The position numbers and the translations under genes were made by a program. 52,251 bases of DNA from Candidatus Delongbacteria bacterium (GTDB lineage Bacteria; UBA4055): positions 1 through 52,251 of the forward strand of contig JAFGVM010000008.1 of NCBI GenBank assembly GCA_016937995.1, written 5' to 3'. Below, one piece after another: positions 8,549 through 16,628 of the stretch. The notes below the pieces were generated by a model. That model did not search any database. It was not told the origin of the DNA and saw only the letters and a list, made by a program, of their open reading frames with translations. Within the stretch, counting starts at the first letter, position 1. Each line of letters opens with the position of its first letter.

Positions 8549-10624
8549 ATGCGAGAAAAAAATAAAATCATCGTACTATTTGAAGACCTTACGGGGTCAT
8601 TTTCGAATTTGATCTTCATCAAAAGTAAAATTGTCGGACTTTTGCTTTTTGTCTGTACACTTTTCAATCTGAATATTGCATCTCAGGGAATTATCTCTCT
8701 AGTTGTGGCTGTCCTGTTTGCAAGGTTCATCGGCATAAAAAAGGATGACCCGATAAATAAATTATACAGTTATAATGCTCTACTGACCGGTTTCGCAATA
8801 GGATTCTTATTTAAAGTGACTTATCTGTCTATTATTATGACAGTTGGAATGAGCATAATGACAGTTCTTCTAACCTACACATTGAGCTCGGTACTGTATA
8901 ATTTATTCAAGCTGCCGGTACTGAATATCCCATTCACGATCTCAGCAACAATAATTTATTTATCTTCAAGTAAGTACAGTAATTTGATCGTAGATTCGTT
9001 CTACAGGCAGGATCATTTTAATTTAGATTTTATTCCCGGATACATTCAGGGATTGCTCAGAGCAGCAGGAATACTGGTATTCATGCCTTACGATATTATC
9101 GGGATAGTCGTACTTCTGGCAATATTGTTCTATTCCCAGATAACTTTTTTTGTCACGATATTTTCATATTATACAGGGATATTATTTCTGGCATTATTGA
9201 AAGGGAGTCTTCCTTTAGCTTTTGCAGAGATATCTTCATTTAACTTTATACTGGTCGGTATTGCTCTCGGTGGAATGTTCCTTATTCCATCTAAAAGGAC
9301 CTATCTGCTTACTTTCACTGCAGTATTAGCTTCAGTGTTTATCATAGACGCAACTTCAGTATTCTGGGTATCTTTCGGAATACCAGTATTTACACTTCCG
9401 TTCAACCTTACGGTTCTGTTATACATCTATGTCCTGGGCAGTGTGAAATATCCAATGATGAACTATACTTCTCTGGATCAACCTGAAAGATCACTGGTAA
9501 ATTTCCTGAACTACAAAAACCGTTTCGACTGGATCACTCCGTCAATAAATCTTCCATTTATGGGTAGATGGACAGTATATCAAGGATTCAACGGGGAGTG
9601 GACACATAAAGGTGTGTGGAAATATGCCTATGATTTTGTCATTGAGGATGATGAAGGTAAAACTTACAAAGGTAACGGATCAGAAAAAGAGGATTTCTAC
9701 TGTTTCGGTAAACCGGTAATCTCTCCAATTGACGGAACTATTGTTGAGACATATGATGACCTGGAAGATAACGAACCAGAGCAGGTCGATAAGGACAACA
9801 ACTGGGGGAATTATGTAATGATCCATTCCCCGCTGGGATATTACATTGAAATATCTCACCTGAAAAAAGATTCGGTCAAGGTAAAAATAGGAGATTATGT
9901 CACAAAAGGAACACCATTAGCAGAATGTGGTAATTCCGGGTACTCACCTCAACCCCATTTGCATATTCAGCTGCAATATTCTCCATATATAGGTTATGCA
10001 GGATTTGAGTTTAAATTCAACAGTCTAAAGTTAGCTGACAGTGGTACAATAGATCCTGATTTATTAGTCAAGGGCAACAAGGTAATTCCGCTTACATCAT
10101 CCAAAACGATCAGCAGGAAATTTCAGTTCATTCTTGATGAGGAATTCAATTATGATATTTATGAAAATGATGTAAAAGCAGCTGAACTCAGTTTAGCAGT
10201 TAAAATGGAATCTGATGGAACTTATTATTTCTCTGATACTGATGGCAATAGACTTTATTTCGGCAAAGACAAAGACAGATTCGTATTCTTTAAATATTCA
10301 GGTGACAAAAGAACTTATCTCAGATATTTTATGATCGCGATGCCTTCTCTGTCACTAACAGATGAAAATAATTTCACATGGTCCGAATATTTATCTGATG
10401 ATCTTTTGTACTCGAAATTTCCTAAAATACTGAAATCATTCTATCATTCTTCTGATACGACCACTGGCAGGTATACAAAAGTTAAGGAAAATATTATTGA
10501 AGGTAAGATCATTAAGAATAAAACAGGTCTTTTTGATACTGAGATCACACTTTGCGACTTCAAAGGGTTTAAGGATATCATTATAAATGAGAGTGAAAAG
10601 AAGATCTGGATGACAAAAGTATGA
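8549..10624 (+). CDS. Urea-transporter-family membrane domain fused to an M23 metallopeptidase domain plus an uncharacterised C-terminal region
   Basis: About 10 hydrophobic helices with duplicated UT-type motifs (LYSYNALL...LPVLNIPF; SFNFILVG...IPVFTLPF). Then M23 features THKGVWKYAYDF, PVISPIDGTIV, WGNYVMI, SHLK..SVKVKIGDYV and CGNSGYSPQPHLHIQ. Confidence 0.82.
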   Translation: MREKNKIIVLFEDLTGSFSNLIFIKSKIVGLLLFVCTLFNLNIASQGIISLVVAVLFARFIGIKKDDPINKLYSYNALLTGFAIGFLFKVTYLSIIMTVGMSIMTVLLTYTLSSVLYNLFKLPVLNIPFTISATIIYLSSSKYSNLIVDSFYRQDHFNLDFIPGYIQGLLRAAGILVFMPYDIIGIVVLLAILFYSQITFFVTIFSYYTGILFLALLKGSLPLAFAEISSFNFILVGIALGGMFLIPSKRTYLLTFTAVLASVFIIDATSVFWVSFGIPVFTLPFNLTVLLYIYVLGSVKYPMMNYTSLDQPERSLVNFLNYKNRFDWITPSINLPFMGRWTVYQGFNGEWTHKGVWKYAYDFVIEDDEGKTYKGNGSEKEDFYCFGKPVISPIDGTIVETYDDLEDNEPEQVDKDNNWGNYVMIHSPLGYYIEISHLKKDSVKVKIGDYVTKGTPLAECGNSGYSPQPHLHIQLQYSPYIGYAGFEFKFNSLKLADSGTIDPDLLVKGNKVIPLTSSKTISRKFQFILDEEFNYDIYENDVKAAELSLAVKMESDGTYYFSDTDGNRLYFGKDKDRFVFFKYSGDKRTYLRYFMIAMPSLSLTDENNFTWSEYLSDDLLYSKFPKILKSFYHSSDTTTGRYTKVKENIIEGKIIKNKTGLFDTEITLCDFKGFKDIIINESEKKIWMTKV

Positions 10625-12045
10625 TACCAAGGTTAGTTTATTTATTTTTTGTTCTGATATTAAACAGTGTATTGCTTTCTTCTCAGATAGATGAGTTGAT
10701 AAATAGAGGCAACGAATTATACTTTAACGGTGATATTGAAAAAGCTCTGTATAAATTTTACGAAGCGGAAAAATTAAATCCTTTTGACCTAAGACCCAAG
10801 GAGGGTATTTACAACTCCTGTATCTATTTGGGTAAGTACAAAACTGCGAACAAATACGCAAAGAAGCTATTTTCTCAGTCAGCTTCAGATATAAATACCG
10901 ATCGTGTGATATATACTGATGCTTTACTGGGTAAAACAAATGAAGCTGATAAATTACTGGATTCAGATCAAAGTTATGAAAGAAAAAAATATCTATTGTC
11001 TTTGACGGGTTGGGGACTATACAACAGCGGACATTACATAGAAGCGTTAAAATGGTTTGAAAAAGTTAGGAACCATGGTTTTAGGAGTTCCGATTTTTCT
11101 GATGGTTATTCTTTATCCAGAGATAAACTGCGGTCAGAAAGGAAAGTTGCCGACATTTCAATTTCACCATTTATTTTTAACGGAAGTCAGAATTTTGATG
11201 GTGGATTAAACTTAAATTATAATTTCAATTACGGAAAGTATGACAAAAGGTATGACCTCGACCTGGTAATGCAGTACACAGTAATGGACCCCTCGAGAGT
11301 ATCGGAAAACCCCAATTTTTACGGAGATATAGGTCAGTACGAAATATTCTGGAGTTATGAGCGCTTAAATTCTTCCACAAATTCATTTTATAATGCAGGG
11401 AAATTGAGTTTTATAACAAATGACTATGTGAAATTTTCTCTTACGGGTCTAAGTGGTCTGAAATATAGAGTGAACGATCAATGGTTATTCGACTCTTACC
11501 TTTCAGGTTCGATAATAGGTTATGCATACTATGATATTTTAGATGTAAGTATTTTCACTGGAAAGCAACCACCTCCACCAAGAGCTAATTTCAATGAATA
11601 TTACAATACTTTGTTTTCAATGCAGTCAACCACAAATGCAACTTATTACACAGATTATTTTTATATCAATGGAGAAATATCTTTGATAAAATTATTGAAC
11701 TCATCTTATTTTTCTGATATGAGAATTTATGATGACAGAGATGATCTGCCTGATGAAGTGGTCGATTCAGATATAATTGAATATTTCTATACCGTAAGGG
11801 CGGGTATAACGACAAGAAATCTCGATATTTTCGGAAGTTTTTCAGAGGGGAATAATTTTTTATTGAACTCAGATGGCGGTAGGTTTTTGAATACAACAGA
11901 ATTCGGTTATGAAAATGGTTTTAGCGGCGGAATAACTTTTAATAAACTATTTCATAAATGGGTTGTATCATATATATTTTCACAGAGTAATTATGAGGAT
12001 TATAATATAATAACTAACACATTGGTCGCGAGTTACAGCTGGTAA
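10621..12045 (+). CDS. Secreted protein with N-terminal TPR repeats and a probable C-terminal outer-membrane beta-barrel
   Basis: Signal peptide; TPR-like helices (GNELYFNGDIEKALYKFYEAEKLNP; GWGLYNSGHYIEALKWFEKV). The rest is Tyr/Gly-rich alternating strands ending LVASYSW (terminal aromatic, BAM-type). ATGA overlap with the upstream gene. Confidence 0.6.
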   Translation: MIPRLVYLFFVLILNSVLLSSQIDELINRGNELYFNGDIEKALYKFYEAEKLNPFDLRPKEGIYNSCIYLGKYKTANKYAKKLFSQSASDINTDRVIYTDALLGKTNEADKLLDSDQSYERKKYLLSLTGWGLYNSGHYIEALKWFEKVRNHGFRSSDFSDGYSLSRDKLRSERKVADISISPFIFNGSQNFDGGLNLNYNFNYGKYDKRYDLDLVMQYTVMDPSRVSENPNFYGDIGQYEIFWSYERLNSSTNSFYNAGKLSFITNDYVKFSLTGLSGLKYRVNDQWLFDSYLSGSIIGYAYYDILDVSIFTGKQPPPPRANFNEYYNTLFSMQSTTNATYYTDYFYINGEISLIKLLNSSYFSDMRIYDDRDDLPDEVVDSDIIEYFYTVRAGITTRNLDIFGSFSEGNNFLLNSDGGRFLNTTEFGYENGFSGGITFNKLFHKWVVSYIFSQSNYEDYNIITNTLVASYSW

Positions 12046-12074
12046 ATAAAGAATGAATATTCAATATCGAACAC

Positions 12075-12230
12075 GTCCCGATTGATCGGGACAATGTCCA
12101 AATAAAACCGTAGGGAACTGTTTCAAACTGTTCCCGAATGTACACAGGGACGAACCCATGTGTTCGTTTGGAAGGGTTGCCGTTAATGCATAAATAGATT
12201 GCACGGATTTCATAAAATCCTCGCAATGAC
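12075..12230 (+). repeat. Intergenic repeat cassette of REP-like palindromes plus GATTGC...GCAATGAC element
   Basis: GTCCCGAT-TG-ATCGGGAC (12075-12092); GTAGGGAACTGTTT-C-AAACTGTTCCC (12110-12135); GGGACGAACCCATGTGTTCG (about 12147-12166, matching 35537); GATTGCACGGATTT..AAATCCTCGCAATGAC (12197-12230). Confidence 0.8.
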
Positions 12231-12255
12231 AAATAAAAAAATAGGAGAAAAATAG

Positions 12256-12864
12256 ATGAAGTACAAATTAATAACATTATTGATAATATCTGTAAGTTTA
12301 TTTGCTGAGTTAAGTTTCAAGGATATTCAAAATGCATACACGAGTTCATATTCTTACGAAACTGCCCAAAAGTACGATAAGGCCATTTCAAGCTTGAACA
12401 AGGTCATAACTGCTTATCCAAACGGATATACAGTTAATTATAGGCTAGGTTGGTTATATTATCTTGCAGGAAATTATGCTAATTCGGTTAAGCATTTGAA
12501 TGCTGCATTATTGATCTATCCATATTCTGTAGAAGCTTTGAATACTGTAAATTTAGTCAATGTTGCAAAATTGGACTGGGATAAAGTTGAAGCTCAATCA
12601 ATTAACATTTTCAAGATAGATTATTACAATTATTATGCAAATTACTGGTATTCTGTTGCTCTAATGAGGCAGAAAAAATACGATCAGTCCATAAAGATCG
12701 CAAATAAAATGCTTGGTGTTTTTCCTACTAATGTCACTTTTTTAAATATTTTAGCTGAAAGCACATATCTTTTGGGAAGTACTGAAGATGGATTGAAGAT
12801 ATTTGAGTCTGTGGTTATTCTGGATAAGGATAATGAGACAGCGAAATATTATCTGAATAAGTGA
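12256..12864 (+). CDS. Secreted TPR-repeat protein
   Basis: RBS AGGAG; signal peptide ending SLFA; TPRs such as YRLGWLYYLAGNYANSVKHLNAALLIYP and LAESTYLLGSTEDGLKIFESVVILDKDN. Confidence 0.8.
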   Translation: MKYKLITLLIISVSLFAELSFKDIQNAYTSSYSYETAQKYDKAISSLNKVITAYPNGYTVNYRLGWLYYLAGNYANSVKHLNAALLIYPYSVEALNTVNLVNVAKLDWDKVEAQSINIFKIDYYNYYANYWYSVALMRQKKYDQSIKIANKMLGVFPTNVTFLNILAESTYLLGSTEDGLKIFESVVILDKDNETAKYYLNK

Positions 12865-12869
12865 TGAAA

Positions 12870-13343
12870 TCATTCTTCAGTTTTATCTATTGAATGATCA
12901 GAAGCTTCATCTAACGGCTCGATCTTACTTTTTAGAAAGTTATATACTTCATTTCTTTTATCGGAGGGGATCCTGAGCAAAATTCCTCTGAACGACTCCA
13001 TACGTGTGGAAATTCTGTAAGGAGATAAAAATACACCGTTCTTATCAAGGGAAACCTTCTTATAATAGTCATAGTCATGCCTGATCTTATAAAAAAATCT
13101 GTCGACGACCAGTCTATCATCATACAATATATATCTAAAAGAGAAAAATATCTCTGTAAGTGATAAAATCGTAAGGACCAGGGCAATAACTGCATAAGTT
13201 GGATTGAACATATAGTAGATCATGATATTGACGATGAATACAGCTAAAACACCTTTGAAAAAAGTCTTAGGATCGTCCTTCAAAGTATTTTGTACAAAAT
13301 GGTATACTGGTTCTTTTTTATCGGTCATTTCGTTTATCTCCAA
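12870..13343 (-). CDS. Hypothetical membrane protein (2 TM + small soluble domain)
   Basis: 157 aa directly downstream of dut, with RBS GGAG and two hydrophobic segments. Confidence 0.7.
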   Translation of the reverse strand: MEINEMTDKKEPVYHFVQNTLKDDPKTFFKGVLAVFIVNIMIYYMFNPTYAVIALVLTILSLTEIFFSFRYILYDDRLVVDRFFYKIRHDYDYYKKVSLDKNGVFLSPYRISTRMESFRGILLRIPSDKRNEVYNFLKSKIEPLDEASDHSIDKTEE

Positions 13344-13345
13344 GT

Positions 13346-13777
13346 CTATATTCCAGTTGAACCAAAACCGCCTTCACCACGGCTTGTATCGCTCAGGTCC
13401 TGAACTTCACTAATATTAACACTGTAAGTTGGTTTAATGACCATCTGGGCAATTTTCATACCTTCAGTGACAGTAAAATTTTCCTTACCATGATTTATCA
13501 TAATAACTCCGATCTCACCTCTGTATCCTTCATCAATTGTTCCGGGAGTATTTGTTAATGAAATTGTGTGTTTAAGAGCTAATCCGCTGCGGGGTCTTAT
13601 CTGTGCTTCTGTATTTTTTGGAAGCTGTATGCTGATACCGGTCTTAACAAGAAATGACTTTCCCGGTTTAAGAACTTTATTTTCGATAGAAAAAAGATCA
13701 AGACCTGCATCTCCGGAGTGTGCAAAAGAAGGTAATATTGCTTTATCAGATAATTTTTTTACTTTAACTTCAAACAT
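13346..13777 (-). CDS. dut: dUTP diphosphatase
   Basis: [25 protein letters not shown] and [10 protein letters not shown] motifs. Confidence 0.97.
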   Translation of the reverse strand: MFEVKVKKLSDKAILPSFAHSGDAGLDLFSIENKVLKPGKSFLVKTGISIQLPKNTEAQIRPRSGLALKHTISLTNTPGTIDEGYRGEIGVIMINHGKENFTVTEGMKIAQMVIKPTYSVNISEVQDLSDTSRGEGGFGSTGI

Positions 13778-14261
13778 CCATATTCCTTTCGATAATTAAT
13801 TTACACTCGTTACAGATACCATAGATCTCAAATCTGTATTCAATATCTGAAAAATTATTATTTGATGCCGCTGAGTTTGCATGCCTTTTAATGGAAGGAC
13901 TTTTAAATTCCACAACTTTTCCGCATTTTTTACATACCAGATGGTGATGAAATTGGCTGACCTGACTGCACAACTCATAGTGAAAATGATTTTCACCGAA
14001 CTTCGATTTTCTAAGAATACCAGCATTAGTAAATAAAGTGAGATTTCTAAAAACAGAGGCTCTGGAAATTAAATAGTCACGTTTTTTCAATTCCCTATAT
14101 ATCTCTTCAGCTTCAAAATGAGATTTTAAGCCGTTTCTCCCTGTGCATAAAAATTTCAATAGCTCATCACGTGAATCAGAATTTCTTAACCCCAATTTTT
14201 GCAGGTGATCCTTCAAAATGTACTTGAAAAAATCGTATGGTTTTAAATTAGTAATCATCAC
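13770..14261 (-). CDS. Fur-family metalloregulator
   Basis: [33 protein letters not shown] and YGICNEC. The Fur/PerR/Zur subfamily cannot be resolved by eye. Confidence 0.92.
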   Translation of the reverse strand: MMITNLKPYDFFKYILKDHLQKLGLRNSDSRDELLKFLCTGRNGLKSHFEAEEIYRELKKRDYLISRASVFRNLTLFTNAGILRKSKFGENHFHYELCSQVSQFHHHLVCKKCGKVVEFKSPSIKRHANSAASNNNFSDIEYRFEIYGICNECKLIIERNMDV

Positions 14262-14292
14262 TCACTATTTTTTAGACAGGTCTCGTATATAT

Positions 14293-15570
14293 CTAATCTT
14301 TGAAAATAGACTGACTTCTTTCAGGACCGACAGAAACAATGCTAACCGGAACTTTAGTTACATTTTCTATGTATTCAATGTAACGTTTTGCATTTTCAGG
14401 AAGATCTTCATAATTTTTAATATTTGAAATATCTTCTGACCATCCATCAAATTCCTGGTATACAGGTTCGCTATTTTCAAGAACTCTGGCCACAGGTATA
14501 AAATCATGTAGTATTTTACCATTATAATTATAGGCAGTACAAACTTTGATTTTATCTAGGCTTCCAAGAACATCAAGCTTAGTTAATGCGATTGAGGAAA
14601 TGCCATTAATTCTTACAGCATATTTTGCGATTAGAGAATCAAAGTAACCGCATCTTCTCGGTCTTCCTGTGGTTGCTCCGACCTCACCGCCTTTTTCAGC
14701 CAAAAATTTCCCGACCTCATCATGCAGTTCCGTTACAAATGGACCATTTCCAACCCTGGTTGTATAAGCTTTCATAACTCCAAGAATTTCTGTTATCTTT
14801 GTTGGATTTATTCCTGCCCCAATACAGACACCGCCACTGATAGTGCTTGATGAAGTAACGTAAGGGAATGTTCCGTGATCAATATCTAAAAGAGTTCCCT
14901 GTGCTCCTTCAAAAAGGATATTTTTATTATGTTCAATAGCCTCATCCAGAAGAATTGAAACATCTTTAACATATTTTGCTATTATTTCAAATTTTGAAAA
15001 ACAGTCACTTAAAATATCATCATAATTAAATTTTTCACTTTCACCGTATAATCTTTCAAAAATAAAATTTTTCTCTTCAATATTTTCTTTTAATTTTTCA
15101 GCAAAAAATTCTTTATCCAAAATATCGATCACTCTAAAACCACATCTGCAAATTTTATCCTGATACGCAGGACCGATACCTTTAAAAGTTGTTCCGATTT
15201 TCGTGGTTCTTGCGGATTCTCTGGCTTTGTCAATTTCTTTGTGATATGGCATTACGACATGAGCGTAAGGGCTTATAAATAATTTCCCGTCGGGATCAAT
15301 TCCACCTTCTTTCAAAGTATTCAACTCCTGAATGAAAGAATCATAGTCAAATACGACACCGTTACCAATTGCAGATATAACATTATCATTCAGAACACCG
15401 GATGGTATCATGTGAAGAACGAATTTCCTGTCTTTGATCTTTACGGTATGACCTGCATTGGCACCACCTTGGTATCTTACGATAAAATCTGCCTGAGCTC
15501 CTAAAAGATCGATTATTTTTCCTTTACCTTCATCTCCCCATTGTGCTCCAACTGCTATTTTGACGCTCAT
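14293..15570 (-). CDS. purA: Adenylosuccinate synthetase
   Basis: GAQWGDEGKGK, GGANAGHT, FEGAQG, GATTGRPRRCG, TKLDVL. Confidence 0.98.
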   Translation of the reverse strand: MSVKIAVGAQWGDEGKGKIIDLLGAQADFIVRYQGGANAGHTVKIKDRKFVLHMIPSGVLNDNVISAIGNGVVFDYDSFIQELNTLKEGGIDPDGKLFISPYAHVVMPYHKEIDKARESARTTKIGTTFKGIGPAYQDKICRCGFRVIDILDKEFFAEKLKENIEEKNFIFERLYGESEKFNYDDILSDCFSKFEIIAKYVKDVSILLDEAIEHNKNILFEGAQGTLLDIDHGTFPYVTSSSTISGGVCIGAGINPTKITEILGVMKAYTTRVGNGPFVTELHDEVGKFLAEKGGEVGATTGRPRRCGYFDSLIAKYAVRINGISSIALTKLDVLGSLDKIKVCTAYNYNGKILHDFIPVARVLENSEPVYQEFDGWSEDISNIKNYEDLPENAKRYIEYIENVTKVPVSIVSVGPERSQSIFKD

Positions 15571-15582
15571 AATATCTCCTTA

Positions 15583-15626
15583 GAAAAACAAAACAAGTTT
15601 AGAGATCGAGATCTCTAAACTTGTTT
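15583..15626 (-). terminator. Intrinsic terminator after secDF
   Basis: 17-bp perfect inverted repeat AAACAAGTTTAGAGATC-GA-GATCTCTAAACTTGTTT (15591-15626), followed by a T-rich run on the minus strand. Confidence 0.7.
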
Positions 15627-15653
15627 CAGTGATTTATTTTATAATCCCAAACC

Positions 15654-16595
15654 TTAAGCTTTTTTTAACTTTTTCTTCTTCTTTGTCATGTTATTCCAGG
15701 CAATTACAACCGGGGATGCGACAAAGATAGATGAGTAAGTACCTACGATCACACCGATCAACAATGTTATTGAAAGTCCTCTAATAACTTCTCCACCGAA
15801 TAGAAAGAGCACGAACACAACGAAAAGAGTTGTCAAAGAGGTTAAAAGGGTTCTGGATAATGTTTCATTTATAGATACATTAACAAGTTTTTCGAAATCC
15901 ATACCTTCTAGAGTTTTAATATTTTCTCTTATTCTTGAAAAAACAACAATAGTATCGTTAAGTGAATAACCCACTATCGTCAAAAGTGCTGCAATTACCG
16001 ACAATGAAATCTCATAATCGAAAAAGTATCCAAGGATCGATAATACTCCGATAGTTATAGCGACATCGTGAAAAAGAGCTACAATAGCAGCAATTCCATA
16101 TCTGAATTGGAATTTGATAGTAATATAAATCAGAATAAAAAGTAAAGACCAGAATATTGCCTGCACTGCAGAATTTTTTAATTCCTCTCCTATTTTTGGA
16201 CCGATACTTGATGCTTGTCTGATCTCATATGTGTCTCTTCCGTATTTCTCATCTAAAGCAGCAATGATCTTAGACTCTATCTCTTTAACATTCTGTTCAT
16301 TCGTTTCAACTTTTATTACTACTTCAGTTTTATAATCGGCATTAGCTGTATTATCACTAAATTCCTGTAATTGGAATCCTTTTATATCATTTTTCTGAAT
16401 AGTGTTTCTAAGTTCTGCGATATCAATAGTTTTGTTAAAACCAGCATGCATCAAATATCCACCATTAAATTCGATATTATAATTCAAACCTTTTTGTATT
16501 ACTATGAATAATACACCTATCAAGATTACAGTAATTGATAAAATAGCCGCTAATTTACGCTTTCCAACAAAATCAATTTTTCTATTTTTTGACAT
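15654..16595 (-). CDS. secF: Protein translocase subunit SecF
   Basis: IEFNGG, IGPKIGEEL, ALFHDV, IVGYSLNDTIVVFSRIREN, GTYSSIFVA. Confidence 0.96.
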   Translation of the reverse strand: MSKNRKIDFVGKRKLAAILSITVILIGVLFIVIQKGLNYNIEFNGGYLMHAGFNKTIDIAELRNTIQKNDIKGFQLQEFSDNTANADYKTEVVIKVETNEQNVKEIESKIIAALDEKYGRDTYEIRQASSIGPKIGEELKNSAVQAIFWSLLFILIYITIKFQFRYGIAAIVALFHDVAITIGVLSILGYFFDYEISLSVIAALLTIVGYSLNDTIVVFSRIRENIKTLEGMDFEKLVNVSINETLSRTLLTSLTTLFVVFVLFLFGGEVIRGLSITLLIGVIVGTYSSIFVASPVVIAWNNMTKKKKKLKKA

Positions 16596-16628
16596 ATTTA
16601 AACTCCTAAATTTTTTCTGCCGTAGCTG

